A program made the translations under genes and the position numbers. From Eledone cirrhosa (taxonomy: Eukaryota), in assembly GCA_964016885.1 (NCBI GenBank), contig OZ024741.1:205530001-205594000 (forward strand): DNA of 64,000 nt. Direction: 5' to 3'. Positions 1 through 13,826 of this stretch are shown here, in pieces (within the stretch, counting starts at the first letter, position 1; every line of letters begins with the position of its first letter). The notes under the pieces were generated by a model that searched no databases, was not told the DNA's origin, and worked only from the letters and a program-made list of their open reading frames with translations.

Positions 1-150
1 ATGAAAGGCAAAGAAAACTTTTGCGCGATATGAACTCAGAACGTAAAGAGCCGTAACTCTATGCTGCAAAGCCTATATCCGACACTACCGACGCTGCTAA
101 TCCACCACCCTTAATAATAATTGTTTCTACTTTCGGCATAAGGCCAGCAA
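1..150 (-). mobile_element. Partial tRNA-derived SINE copies (5' part of one, 3' tail of another)
   Basis: Reverse complement matches the ~190-bp SINE at 6593-7120 (GTGGATT.GCAG head, TGAGTTCA B-box-like motif, GCCTTTCAT; tail TGCTGGCCTT...GTAGAAACAATTATT). Confidence 0.7.
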
Positions 151-170
151 TTTAGAGGGGGGTGGGGGAA

Positions 171-810
171 TAATAATAAGGATCTTTTTATTAACCACAG
201 AGGGTCCACATCAAGAAAAAAACATTATGACAGTACAGGACGAGAGTATAGTGGTGGGGGTGGGTGCGTGTAAACAAATTTCAACAAAGTTAAAAAAAAG
301 ATAATAAAATTAAACCCAAGAAGGTTCATCAATAGAGAGACGTTCGAGGGTCATTCGTGGAAAAACCCCACAGATGCTCTGATCTTTAGGGTAAGTGCCC
401 TGTCCCAGTTGTACTCCTCCAATCTACAGTCTTACACTCAAGAGAGGGCACATTCACTCGGGCCACGCTCTCTTCTCTCATCCACCTTTCAACAAATTGC
501 TTTGAAGGCAGCTCTTCTCTCTCTACCCTTATTTCCCTGCTCAAGTGGAATCTGAGGAAGTTAATCAGGGCTTCTCCAAAGAGGAAAGTGATCATCTTCA
601 AACCTTTCAAGCGTGTCCACCATACAACCGCTTTCGCCTTGGCCACATGACATATAAAAACGGCCTGCCCTTCTTGACTAAAAAAAGGCGGCGGGACAAT
701 CTTCCCAATGGACTCGGTTGATAACTGAATTTGTCCTACACGTGACAGCAGGTGTTCGACATAAACCCACAAGACAGCAATGTTCGGACACTGGACGATT
801 ACGTGCAGGA
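171..810 (-). mobile_element. 3' fragment of Tx1/L1-type non-LTR retrotransposon
   Basis: ORF 386..772 (WVYVEHLLSRVG...WWTRLKGLK...INFLRFHL) matches the ORF2 C-terminus at 37168..37683; ends AATAAAAAGATCC+(TTA)n on the minus strand. Confidence 0.85.
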
Positions 811-812
811 CA

Positions 813-3800
813 GTTTATTATTGGCCACAAGGGCCGAGCATAGAGGACAATACAAAAACGGAGACAGTGGGTGTTTACAATAATATCGAGTAAAAAAATT
901 AACAGAACAATTAACAAAAAAATATCAATAACAGAATTCCCCAATGATGGGGCGGGGACACACACACACACACACAAGGGTGATGTCAGGAACCCCACAA
1001 ATCCCAACCCACCCTCATCTCCAAAAAGGAAAGTGTCTGTCTCCAGACCTTTCAGTCGTGTCCACTACACAACCTCTTTCATTACAGCTATCAGACAGAG
1101 GAAAAATGCCTGCTCTTCCCGGCTAAAAGAAGGTGGCGGGGCGATCTTCACTATGGACTCGATAGACGGATCTATCCCACACGCGATAACAGCTGTTCGA
1201 TATAACTCCATAAATCAACAATATACGGGCACTGGGCGAGTGCGTGCAAAAAGGTTTTGTCGCTCTGCGAGGATCTAGAGTTTATCTCGAATCGGAAGGG
1301 CTCCCCGGTAGCACTGCCTAGCCAGGGATTTCTGGAAATTGTCCATAATCTCCGGCTCGAAAGTTCTCCGGAAAAGATTGGCTAGTTCGTTCTCGCCGAC
1401 GCCTAGAATCTCTCTGTGAGCGTTGTCGCACTTACACACCAATAATCCTCTATAGAACTCGAGAGTGGAAGTTCCAAGTAGAGGGCAGTGGGCGCTTGGC
1501 AACATTCCAGATACCAAGCGCCCAGTATCGGTCTCTTTTTGACCCAGGACTACAGTTCAGTCAAAGAGGCGAGCTGCGGAAAGGCATGTCTCACAATCGA
1601 CGACCACACCTGTTCATCGTTTAGGAAGAATATCTGGAGATGTTGCAACCTCAGCCCATGTTTGAGCATCATTAGCCTACGGCATGCCCAGCCCTCCACC
1701 TAGTGAGTGCTAGCAACATATGGAACGCCTCACCAACGGAACTTGTTCCTTCAAAAAGAAGTTGAAAAGGAGCCGTTCCAATTTGGCGAGGTGCGAACGA
1801 GAGCAAGACACGCCGGCCAGGCGGTAGTAGATGACGGACACGATGTACGCGTTCGCCACCTCCGTCCACCTTTCAGGGACAGCTTCCTCTCGGCTCATTT
1901 CTGGGTGAGAATGGCTACCCGGATCGTAATCTCGTCCTAATTCTTATCCACCTGGAGGTCAGGTCTGAATGAAAACCCAAGCAACTTTATCGGTCCACCC
2001 GTCCAGTGCCTTACGACTGTGTTGGACGGCATGGACTTGCCTCTCCAGGTGCCAAGCTTCAAGTCCACCGACTTTTGTAGATTTAGTTTTGCTCCCGGCA
2101 ACCTTTCATTTTTTTCCAAGAGGATGCCGACCACCTCGATTTCCGAGGTATCCGACACCATCATGGTGATGTCGTCCGCATATGCCAACAGAGTCTTTCA
2201 GCGCCTCAGTTCGATGGGATGCTCTGCAACAGCTCCAGCTTCCGCAGTAAATGCGTGAGAGTCAATACGTACAGAAGTAGGACGGACCGATCAGGAGATC
2301 TGAAACGGTTCCGAAAAGTTCCCATTAACTTTGACCACCTAACACATGCCGCTGTGCATTGCAGCGAGCCAACCTCTGAAGACGGGACTGTCTTGAGGAC
2401 AGCCTCCAGGTATTGATGATCGACCTTATCGAAAGCTTCGATTGAACTAAATTGATCAGAGCCCCACCAAAGCCAGGTTTACACCCTACCCTCTCTATGA
2501 TGTACCGCATGAGGTGGAGATTGTCGTGTATAGACCTGATCGGGATTGCGTAAGTTTGTGCCGCCTCTACAAAATCCTCGACAAGCGCCAACCTCTTCGC
2601 TAACACCTTGGCCAAAACTTAAACTCAGTGTTCAATAAAGTTATGGGCCTGAAGTTGTCCGATGTATCTCTTTTGTTCTCGTCTTACCTTATCAGCGTCA
2701 CTATGCCCCGGCTCACAGAACTGGGAATACTCCCATTCTGCTGTCAATTGCAGTAGAGCGCTTCGAGGAGATCGGAGAACATGTCTGGCATATCTACGTA
2801 AAGCTCGTATGACAAAACCGGGTGAAACACGTTCGGCCATCGAGGTAGGGACTGAAATCCGCAACCATCTCCGCATGAACAGCCGAGAAAGTGCTGGCGA
2901 AAGGCCTCACGAATCTGCCCGGAATCGTTCAGCTCACAATCGTTCCTGTCCGTCCAAGACAGAATTGTGATTTTGTTACCACGTTGCACCTTCGCCACGC
3001 GGGCCCATCGAACAGCTTTGGCTCCCTCGTCGGCTGTGATGCCTTTAGTAAGTGCCTCTTCTAGTTTTCTCTATCATTACAGCCTTACTAAACCTTTCGG
3101 GTTTTTTCTAATAGCCCTTTTTAAGGCGAACCATACTTGTTGGCGATTGTCCCCGTCATCGCCTGCTTAACTAATTCACTAATCCGGTCTATGTAATCTT
3201 TGCGCACCGGGAACGATGCGTTTAGCTTCCAGTAACCGAACCCTTGTCTATCAGGCCTATCTAGATCGATTACACAGACCACAAAATTGAGGTCTGTGTA
3301 ATCGACTACTTTGAATTGTGGACAGCCTATCTATTCCCCTATCTATTTATCTAATACCCTATCTGAATACGACCTGGATGACCCGGTGCGGTTTGTCCAT
3401 GTCCACATTGGCACATTCGGAAAATCCAGTCGGTACCTGTCAGACAGTTAGAAGCATCTAAGCAGGTTAGCGAGTATTTTACACTCTCCTTCCCTATCTG
3501 ATAATCCCACAGAGTCCCAGCGTGCATCCAATATACCGTTCCAGTCGCTCACAAACACTAAAGACTGGGACGTTCATAAGAAAGTCTCAAGTTACCTGAA
3601 GAAATCAGGCCATCCTGCCCCTGTAGAGCCATAGACAGAAATAAGCCTAAAGGCATGCTTTTCACTGCTGGTCCCGTCCAGCACCTCCAACTTACTTTCT
3701 AGATCCAGGCCTTTCCGAAATAACACTGTGACTTCGGCCCCAGATCCGAGACGGCTTGGAGATGCATACACCTCATAGCCACCGAAAATGGGTGCAAAAG

Positions 3801-5135
3801 TTTGTGCGTCGGAAATTCTGGTCTTGCTGATGACTACCGCATCTATGTTTAGTGACCTTAGGTCATTGAGCAGGTGACCCTGCTTCCAAGACGACTCCAG
3901 GCTATGTGCATTTACACTGTCTGAGTGAAGCCATGTTCGATGAAGGGGAGGCAAATTTGGGAAAGGCAATCTACCTTAGTCTTTTGGGGGAAAGACCGTT
4001 GCCCCGTGTCCCTGGCCAGTTAAGAGTTCCTTTACAAGTATATCTCAGTATCTCCATCTGGAAAGTGTTCCTCGGTAATACCCAATTGCCTCGGGGAATT
4101 TTGTTTTTAAATGTGTATAAGTTTTTTTTGTCTATATGAATAATCTTTGTGTGTGGGTGGCGCGATTATTTTGGCTGTTATATACGTGTTTCCGAAATGC
4201 TAGCAACATGTGTGTAGTTGATTAGATTTTGGTTGTATACGTTTATTGTACAGTGAGTGAGGTTGTATCTTTCTGTTGGATTTGCTATTGTTGTTGTTGA
4301 TGCAGATTTGGGTTTGTTTGGGATGTTGTTGGTGCTGATGGTGGTAGTAATGGTGGTTGTAGTGGTGGTGCTGGTGGTGTTGGCAATAGTTGCCTCAAGG
4401 CTTTAACTTTTTTTTCCTTCATTTTTTTTAGGGCGAAATCAGAGAGTTTTTTTCTCTTTTTGTTATTGTGGAAGATGGTTTGTGACTTCTCACCTTCGTT
4501 ACAATTTGTATCCAGTTATGTGACGTCGGGTAGGGGCATAATTTTCATGCGCGTTGGTGTTGATGTTGGCCCTTAGATGGGTGTTTTCACCGCAGATATA
4601 ACATTGGGGCCTCCCCCATTCCATGGCTATAAACAACTGTTTATAGCCGTTCAATGATATAAGGAATTTTTTGTATCTTTTCCTGATTTATTTGTAGTAA
4701 AATCTCCATGCCAAATCGGCTCAAGCTCTCCTGACATGATCTTTGGATTTGGAGGACGTTTTCATTATCCTCTTCGTCCGCCAGGATGGCTGCCACTAGT
4801 CAGATCTTTAACTCAGGTAGTACATTTTTTACAGTTACTACGTTGCGTTTTTCCCCATGTAAGCAGGATTACCAAAACACTTTCGCTCCTCAAGGGGTTG
4901 ATAGAGTGAGCCCTCGCTTCGTTTTCTAATGCGAAACTCATTTCTATCGTCCCGTATTCCCTTCCTCTCGAAACAAATGTTTTTTTTTGTTTTTGTCTAT
5001 ACCTCCTTTAAGACCAGCTGAGCTTCCAAAATTGAGGGTCACTCCCGGCGTTTATTGCAGAGATTTATAAATGATTTTACATTTCTGTACATTCGAAATG
5101 GCATCTTCCAGCACTGTTAATTGGACTTTCATGCC
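813..5135 (-). mobile_element. Near full-length decayed Tx1/L1-type LINE (ORF1 remnant + APE-RT ORF2)
   Basis: Minus-strand ORF pieces give the APE endonuclease (3592..3969) and RT motifs (SIHDNLHLMRYI, AYADDIT, KLNLQKS) plus the C-terminal region. Colinear with 33210-37945, with many stops and frameshifts, and has its own 3' end (GGCCAATAATAAA) near 815. Confidence 0.85.
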
Positions 5136-5224
5136 CTTTGAACCCAGAACGTAGAAAGTAAAAACAAGATACCGCAAATCATTTTGCCTAACGCTCTAAC
5201 GCTGACGCACACAAAAAAACACAT

Positions 5225-6400
5225 CAATAATGAATTGTTTTATTGGCCAGAAGGGCCCAATGCATTAGAAACAATACAAAGACCAGAAGAGCCCAATGCG
5301 TTAAGGGCAGTACAAGAACGAGAAGGGACCAAAGCGTTAGGGAAAGTATAAGGACGAGAAGGGCATAATGCGTTAAGAACAGTACAAAGACGAGAAGGGC
5401 CCAATACGTTAGGGACAGTACACGGATGAGGAGGGCCCAATACGTTAGGGACAGTACAAGGATGAGAAGGGCCCAGTGCATTAGGGACAGTACAAGGATA
5501 AGAAGGGTCCAATGCGTTAAGGACAGTACAAGGATGAGAAGGGCCCAATACGTTAGGGACAGTACAAAAATGAGAAGGGCCTAGTGCATTAGGGACAGTA
5601 CAAGGATGAGAAACATCCCAATAGGATTTACATCGTATATAAAAGAATGCAAAATCAACAAAAACGAACAGATAATAAAAGGTTAACAAGAAAAGTTTTC
5701 CAATAAGGAAGGAACATTACATAGGGTCATTCGGAAAGATAACCCTTCACTAAGTTCCAGATTACTTTGCTGCATTAAAAGCATGAAACGTATCGTCTGA
5801 CAGTTTCTTGCGTCATGATTACAATTGCAAAATCAGAACAGGTCATTTCGTAGAACTGCGTCTTGAAGATGTTGAAATGGGACAGAGAGGAAATTCTCTG
5901 TCTTCAAATCGTTCAACATTACCATCCACTACACAAAATTCTTTAACTATAGCAAACATACAAAGAAACATTAGTCGCCACATGAAAGCGGCCGGGTCGA
6001 ATTTTACTATAGACTTGACTGATAGCCGGACTTGACTGATTTACCTACACGTGACTGCAGCTGTTCAAAACAAGACCACAAGAACAATTGTGTGTAGAAT
6101 GGTTTCGGATCTGGCACTTTCGTGTTTGTAGAGCAGTTTGTCTCGGACAGACAATGTCTCCCTATAGCACAGTCAGGCTAAGTGCTTTTGTAAATTGCCT
6201 ATAATCCCTGAATTGAAAGCCACCCAGAAGAGACTACGTCAGACTGTCTTCTCCAATACTCAGAATCGATCCGAGGCCACAATTAAACCTTTGTAGAATG
6301 CGAGGGTTGACGTTCTATAATAGATCGCATTGTCCAGTTAGTAGAAAGCAGTAAGTGCTTGGCACTATTCCAGAAGCCATACTGCAAATGCAACTAGTGG
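5225..6400 (-). mobile_element. Older degenerate 3' fragment of Tx1-like LINE
   Basis: 3' end GCCCTTCTGGCCAATAAAA as in the other copies; 5790-6380 resembles the ORF2 C-terminus at nucleotide level. Confidence 0.6.
5250..5615. repeat. 36-bp minisatellite (~10 copies) within LINE 3' UTR
   Basis: Unit GGGACAGTACAAGGATGAGAAGGGCCCAATRCRTTA; 12-aa periodicity in the translated ORFs. Confidence 0.9.
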
Positions 6401-6592
6401 GGGAACATTAGTAGGACAAATTACAAAAAACAAAACAAGAAAAAAAAAACGAATTATTTTCTAAGATGGGTACGAGGCTAACAAATTATAAAGAGGATAC
6501 TATATAATCGATTATATCAACTCTACTAATCAACTAGTAACTTATTTTATCGATACACGAAGTATAAAACACCAATTCGAATTCGGCGTGAC

Positions 6593-7120
6593 GTGGATTG
6601 GCAGTATCGGTAGAGGGTCGGACGCCATGCTTTGCAGCACAGTTACGTCCCTTTACGGTTTGAGTTCAAATCCGGCCGAAGTTAACTTTGCCTTTCATCC
6701 TTACGGAGTCGATGAAATAAAGTACCAGTAATGTACTGGGTAATTGCTGGCCTTGTGCCAAAAGTAGAAACAATTATTTCTTAGGATTGGCAGTATCGGT
6801 AGAGGATCGGACGCCATGCTTTGTCGCATAGAGTTACGGCTCTTGCCATTCTGAGTTCAAATCCCGCCGAGGTTAACTTTGCCTTTCATCCTTACGGGGT
6901 CGATGAAATAAAGTACCAGTAATGTACTGGGTAATTGCTGGCCTTGTGTCAAAAGTAGAAACAATTATTTCTTACTTAACGGTGGATTGGCAGTATCGGT
7001 AGAGGGTCGGACACCATGCTTTGCAGCACAGTTATGTCCCTTTACGGACTGAGTTCAAATCCTGCCAGTAATGCACTAGGTTATTGCTGGCCTTGTGCCA
7101 AAAAGTAGAAACAATTATTT
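6593..7120 (+). mobile_element. Three tandem tRNA-derived SINE copies (~190 bp, third internally deleted)
   Basis: A-box-like TGGCAGTATCGGTAGA, B-box-like GAGTTCAAATCC, shared body and tail; repeated throughout the window. Confidence 0.85.
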
Positions 7121-7469
7121 CTTACTTAACCAGTTTTTGCTACTCCATCCTTCTTATGACTTCTCTCTCTGTGCAGGGGCTTTGTTTGCCTTAAAAATGT
7201 GAGAGGGATAAACCAACATTTGTTTATTCTTAAAGGAGCATGTTAGTATTCCTTATAGTGCCTTTCCCGGACCCTATCACATAAGTAAAATTTTACGCTA
7301 ATTAAATTTTATATATTCAAATGAAGTTCAGATATAAAAAAATAAGCTTAAAAAGAATTTATTATATCAAATAAACAAAAAATAAAACATAGACGTTTGA
7401 ATAAATTAGGAAAAATATCCTGGTACCCCCCTGAAACAAGGCCCTTGTGTGTGTATGTATGTATGTATG

Positions 7470-9492
7470 TTCTGGTTTTATAATTTCACAAAGTTTTACC
7501 AATAGAGAGTCGGTTTCTAACATAGACACAAGACTCTCTCATTGGAATTTACACAACATCAACTAGGTAGGTATGTATGTATGCATGCATGTGTAGATAT
7601 GGATGTTATTGTATGTGTGGATGTGTATGTTTTAAGTTGTATGTGTGCATGTGTATATGCTTTGTGTCTGTACATCTGTATATGCAGTTATTAGATGCAC
7701 AATTTCTGGAACGTTTTACATATTTTTACTGTTCCATTAATGGATTGTACTTGTAATTTCCTAACTAGTTATGTTCTTTCTGTTCTTGTGAAGCCTAGCT
7801 TCTCAAGATTTGTATTGAGGCAGTTACTAACATACCCCAGTGCCCCAATAATCACAGGCATAAATCTGAAGGTGTAATCAGGGTGGAGTATCTGCAGATT
7901 TCTCATCAGTTCTGCATAAATATTCTCCTTTTCATTAATCTTTGATATTATATTGGCGTCTGCTGGGCAGCTAATTTCCACTACTGTGCATGCTTTCTTC
8001 TCCCTGTCCCATATCATAATATCTGGTCTGTTATGCCTGCATTTTATCGGGGTTTTTACTGGAACATTCTTTCATATTATGTACATGGATGTCTTCCACA
8101 TTGCTGTAGCTTTTAATATGTTTATTATCGGGGCTATCTTTTTTACGAACTGCATTGTACAGTGTTTTGGCCACTACATCATGCTTCATAGGTAGATAGT
8201 ACCGCGATGACATCTTTGGACAGCTGCTGATGACATGGGTGATATCCTCGATGTTAGTTCTGCAGAGTCTGCACTTGTTATCACATCTAGGTGTTTTGCC
8301 TGCATCCCTATCTCTTTTGTGAATCAGGTATTTCGTGTTAATCTCCTATTCTTGGATTGCAAAAGCGTATCCTTCAAAGTGGGAGTCAATATAGCGGTTG
8401 TTGGTCCAAGATAGACTACTTTCCTTATCGATATTACTCTCACTCTGGAGCTTCCTGGCAACATATTCATGCATGATTTTTTGCTGATAAGCATGCAGTT
8501 TTTCATCCATGGATTCACTGCGATACTGCTGAACGACCTCCCTGGGTGTGAGTTTTTGATTATCACACAGGGAATACCTCTCGAGGAGTTCCTTCCCAAC
8601 TCTCGTGATCTTATCTGTTTTATGCAGATAGACTTGCTCGAGGTTCGTAGATTTTTGTCGGAGAGATATGATGCGACATTCAAATGTTGTCTGGACTGAT
8701 GTTAGGCCTCTGCCTCCCTGCTTACGTTTCAAATAAAGGCGGTCTATGTCATTGTTGATGTGGAAGTTTCCGGTGTTGTTTTAGTATTTTTCGAGTTCCA
8801 ACATCAACTACTCGGATTTCGTCTATCGCCCAATTGAGTATTCCAAAAGTTGGTGTTAGGACAGGCACAACAAACACATTGTGAGCCACTGTTTTGTTTT
8901 GCGCAGAGAGTTCCGATGACCAGATCTGTCTTAATCGGGTGTAGTATTCCCTGGTTACGCGTTCTCTATTACAGATACCATTATAGGATATGTTCTCATC
9001 TAACCCCAGGTATCTGTAGCAGTCCTAATTAGATATCGGTGAAACAGTTAGGCCATTGATGACAATGTTGCTAGATTTGGTTGTTATTTTCCCCCGCTTT
9101 ACAGTCATGTATGAGCATTTATCTTGGCCAAACTCCATTCCTATATCCTTTGAGCCCGTTGTAACCAGGTCAAAATTTTTCTTCATCCCATCCATGTTCT
9201 TGGCATAGAGTTTCAGATCGTCAACAAAGAAATTATGGGTTAGGTTCGTATTTCGGTCCTCCTGTGAGCCAATGATGTATCCCTCATATTTCTTGAGCAG
9301 AAAGGACAAGGGCTTTAATGATAAGATGAATAATATCACAGAGCGACTGTCCCCCCCTAAATATACCCCTGCGATATTTTATTTTATCAGTGAAAATAGA
9401 GTCCTGCCTCTCTGTCTTTAACCTTAGGATAGTAGCCCAAGAAGAAGACAGCCTCTCTATGGCTCTGACAATAATGTCTGGGACTTTAGCAA
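7470..9492 (-). mobile_element. 5'-truncated R4/Dong-like RLE non-LTR retrotransposon
   Basis: RT motifs (FVDDLKLYA, GMEFGQDKC, R.QGGRGL), FAIQE, CCHC knuckle, KHD, PDI..WD..VEISCP restriction-like endonuclease; frameshifted; flanked by (TATG)n on both sides. Confidence 0.85.
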
Positions 9493-9515
9493 GTATGTAT
9501 GTATGTATGTATGTA

Positions 9516-9564
<49 letters not shown>

Positions 9565-10445
9565 GATACTCTGAAGAAAGGTAACACCAACACTGAAACA
9601 GACAGAGCCAAGTGGAAAAATCTGACTGCTACAGATGTTGAGGAATTTGAAAGGAATCAGAAGGCTTATAATAAAGTGAAGCGAACAGCTAAATATATGG
9701 GGGAGGTTAGTTCGCTCCCAAAACAGGGTTCGAAAGAGAGACTCTTATCTGTGAGGGGATACAGACGTGTATGTATGTCAAAGGATTGGCTAATAGTCAT
9801 AGCAGACGCCATACACATGGAAATAACACCTTTGATTTGCATGTGGCATCAGTATCAAAGTGTGTCACTCTGCAGGTGGGCTAACAGCAATACATCAATC
9901 AAACTCAAGCAGATGGGAAACTTACCTGCACACTGTATGGTATGACGTGTATTACTTCTCGGTTTGATGAGCCAGCTAAGGTGACATCAACGACAGCAAC
10001 ATAACACGTTTTTACTAATGTTTCTACGAAGTGGTCTCACCTGGAAACGAGTTGACTACCACTATTTATGTATGCATGTATGTATGTATATATAAAAATA
10101 TGTATGTATGTGTGTGTAAGTATGTATGTGTTTATGTGTATGTATGTATTGATGAATGTCTATATTATGTATATATTGCATGTATGAATTACAAATGTGT
10201 AGGTATATATTGTACATATGTATGTTACACACACACACACATATATATATATGAATGTATATATAATGTATTTTGCAATACAGCTCCAATTCTAATATAT
10301 ATCTATATATATATATGTATGAATATGTGTATATATCAGTCTACATATTCATATGCCTGCCTTTAGTCAGTCATTCAGTTTTATGTTCAAAACGAATAAC
10401 GACGGCATTAAAAAAACCTCGAGGGATATGGAAGGAGAGGGGGAG

Positions 10446-10447
<2 letters not shown>

Positions 10448-10530
<83 letters not shown>
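10448..10530. repeat. (GA)n microsatellite (one of many TA/CA/GA/ATT tracts)
   Basis: Direct reading. Confidence 0.95.
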
Positions 10531-10534
<4 letters not shown>

Positions 10535-10647
10535 AAAATAGATAGAAACGAAAATAGATAGACGGAGAGATTGATAACATTGGGTTGGTAGATTAAAAGC
10601 TAACTAGCTAGAATATATATATATGTATATATTTATATATATATATA

Positions 10648-10690
<43 letters not shown>

Positions 10691-10696
10691 CAACGA

Positions 10697-10746
<50 letters not shown>

Positions 10747-11227
10747 AAGAGAGAAACGGTTGGAAGCTAACATTAAATACAAAAATATATTAATGGCGAA
10801 ATCAAAGAAGAAGAAATGTGAGGATGATATGAAAAACTGAAAAGAGATAGTTGAAAATGAATGAGAAGGTAGTAGTAGTAGTAGTAGTGATGGTGGTAGT
10901 AGTAAGGTTTAATGTTTACTTGCCATTGCCGCCGTCTTTATTGTAAGATACCGCTGTTATATTCAAATTTTGTACTTGTAGTCGTAGACAGATCCGCGTT
11001 TTTCTTCCCTGTACCTTCTTCCTTCTCACTCACACTTTACTCTCTCACTCACATTTTACTCTCTCACTTACATTTTACTCTCTCACTCACACTTTACTCT
11101 CTCACTCACGTTTTACTCTCTCACTCATACTTTACTCTTTTACTTACACTCACTCACCCGGTTTCTTTTGTCTTATGCGTGAGGTTGGTCCCAGGTAAGC
11201 TCAGATCTAGAAAACCTGTTCAGTGTG

Positions 11228-11412
11228 TGTTTATAGATTATACCGTCATGTTTATGTTTATAGATTATATCGTTATGTTTATGTTTATAGATTATATCGT
11301 TATGTTTATGTTTATAGATTATACCGTCATGTTTATGTTTATAGATTATATCGTTATGTTTAATGTTTATAGATTATATCGTTATGTTTATGTTTATAGA
11401 TTACATCGTTAT
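11228..11412. repeat. 27-bp minisatellite (~7 copies)
   Basis: Unit TTTATAGATTATATCGTTATGTTTATG. Confidence 0.9.
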
Positions 11413-12417
11413 TCAACCGCATAAATTATTTGTAGTATATACCTCCATCCATCCGTACGTTCGACCATGTAGCAGAATGTTCTCGACAAAAAGAAAAGAA
11501 AAGAATACAAAAAAATGGAAATAATAGAAATAATTATTATCAATGCTTCCAGTTGCTTACGTACTACATAGCATAGCCTTCGTTTCCCACTAGACCAGAC
11601 ATGAACAGTAGGAAGTTTTATGTATCGTTAACACGGAGCATTTGCCAGGATGCGAATGCTACGTAATCCAAAGGCAAACATTTGGCTTATTTTCATATAT
11701 GTTATACATACATACATATGTATGTATGTATGTATGTATGTATGTGTCTGTCTGTGTGTATATGTTTGTGTGTGTGTGTGTTTATCTATTTTATTTAGTT
11801 TCTTGTTGCTTGCTGATTATTGGTTTCATGAGGCAGGCAAATAGGAACGAAAAGTAACGTCGTTGTAGTCGTTCATCGGTTGTAGTTTAACCGTAGATTA
11901 TCTTTGATCGAATTAAACACATAACGATGGGTATTCCAGCCGTTATCTAATTGAGGGGGTAGAGGTGGAAAGATTTGGCTCTCGTTTCTAAGAGCCGAGC
12001 CATCATATTTTGGTATGCTTACAGTTGTAACAGTGGTCATGGTGACTAGTTGTCATGGTAATGCGGTGCAAGATATTTCGTGCCTCACCAACCTCAACAT
12101 AAATATTCATTAACAGTAGTACTCGACATTGCTCGGGAAATATATTACTCTCAGGGGCAGTGGAAGCATTTATGAATTGGGAGGGGGGGGGGGGGGCAAA
12201 TTTGATCAATTTAGTTGTACTAGGGAATACAAACCAAAATATATGGCTTACTGTATTCATTCAAGCACGCATACATACAAGGACACACACACGCATATGT
12301 ATATACATACACACGAGCTGCTGGCCAAATAATTTTTCACATCAATGGGTTAAAGACATGTAAAATCAATTAGCGGTCAGTTCTTCAGTCTAAAGTCCCT
12401 AGGGAGAATGAGTCGCC

Positions 12418-12606
12418 AAATAATTGTTTCTACTCTTTGGCACAAGGCCAGCAAATACACAGTGCATTACTGGTACTTTATTTTATCGACCCCGTGAGGA
12501 TGAAAGGCAAAGTTAACCTCGGCAGGATTTGAACTCAGACTGTAAAGGACCGTAATTCTATGCTGCAAAGCATGGTGTCCGACCCTTTACCGATACTGCC
12601 AATCCA
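12418..12606 (-). mobile_element. tRNA-derived SINE (full copy); a partial variant follows at ~12797-12950
   Basis: Reverse complement of the 6593-6780 unit. Confidence 0.85.
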
Positions 12607-13041
12607 ATCGCCAAATAATGTTTGTACAAGTTGAAAACATGTATGTATACATATATATAAACCTGTACATACATACACACACTCCCACATATACTGAGTG
12701 AGTGTGAAAGACCAAAGGTCATTATTGAAAGTCTCTGGATGTGTATATTTTTTATTGGAGACGGTAAGAATGGTCACTTGCATACTCTACTCTAAATAAC
12801 GGTTTCTTATATAGGCACAAGGCCAGTAATTTGGGGTTGGGGTGGGGGGTGGGGGGAGGAGTCGATTAAATCAACACAGTACATTACTGGTACTTTATTT
12901 TATCGACCCCGTAAGGATGAAAGGCAAAGTTAACCTCGGCGGGATTTACTCTACTCTAAATAACAGTACACTATACATTCACAATTATTAAAAAAATTAA
13001 ATTATAACATTCTGTATTAACATTTAGTATTACTGTATACC

Positions 13042-13372
13042 GCCAGTAATATGTACAGTATATACACTTACTGCCAGTAATATGTACAGTATATACACTT
13101 ACTGCCAGTAATATGTACAGTATATACACTTACTGCCAGTAATATGTACAGTATATACACTTACTGCCAGTAATATGTACAGTATATACACATACTGCCA
13201 GTAATATGTACAGTATATACACTTACTGCCAGTAATATGTACAGTATATACACTTACTGCCAGTAATATGTACAGTATATACACATACTGCCAGTAATAT
13301 GTACAGTATATACACTTACTGCCAGTAATATGTACAGTATATACACATACTGCCAGTAATATGTACAGTATA
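13042..13372. repeat. 31-bp minisatellite (~11 copies)
   Basis: Unit GCCAGTAATATGTACAGTATATACACWTACT. Confidence 0.92.
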
Positions 13373-13387
13373 TATATATATATATAT

Positions 13388-13510
13388 GAAGGCGTGTGGC
13401 AGAGTGGTTAGACAATTGGATTCACAATCTTGAGGTTGTGAGTTCGATTCCTGAACCGGGCGATGCGTTATGTCCTTGAGCAAGACACTTTATTTCACGT
13501 TGCTCCTTCT
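13388..13510 (+). mobile_element. Second tRNA-derived SINE family, 5' part with CORE-like segment
   Basis: GTGGCAGAGTGGTTAG A-box, GAGTTCGATTCC B-box, followed by TGTCCTTGAGCAAGACACTT (CORE-like). Confidence 0.7.
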
Positions 13511-13621
13511 ACCTGGAGTTGCGACCGATAGATAGTAATAGCAATTGGAAAGACCAACGGAAACATTGTTTCCTAGGTCCGATTTGACGAAAGTCGATCG
13601 ATCCAGAAAAATATATATATA

Positions 13622-13779
13622 GGCATACGTCAAGACGGGCGGTCTGGAAAGTGAAAGTAATTTTTGACACTGAATTTTTTTTTTTTTTTTTACAACAGGT
13701 CTCAATAGTGTAATTTACGATACACCCGCAATTGTATGGATTTCTTAATATATATATATATATGTGCCCGTCTTGACGT

Positions 13780-13784
<5 letters not shown>
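13622..13784 (+). mobile_element. MITE with 19-bp terminal inverted repeats in a TA tract
   Basis: GGCATACGTCAAGACGGGC ... GCCCGTCTTGACGTATGCC, flanked by TA repeats. Confidence 0.8.

Positions 13785-13826
<42 letters not shown>

Noticed and set aside
6593-6680. SINE heads as functional tRNA genes
   Set aside because: A/B boxes are present but there is no complete cloverleaf, and they continue into a repeated SINE body.
9955-10000. TTGATGA-gcc..ggt-GACA motif
   Set aside because: Two core mismatches and no stem I.
13042-13372. 31-bp repeats as CRISPR repeats
   Set aside because: Contiguous tandem units with no spacers.
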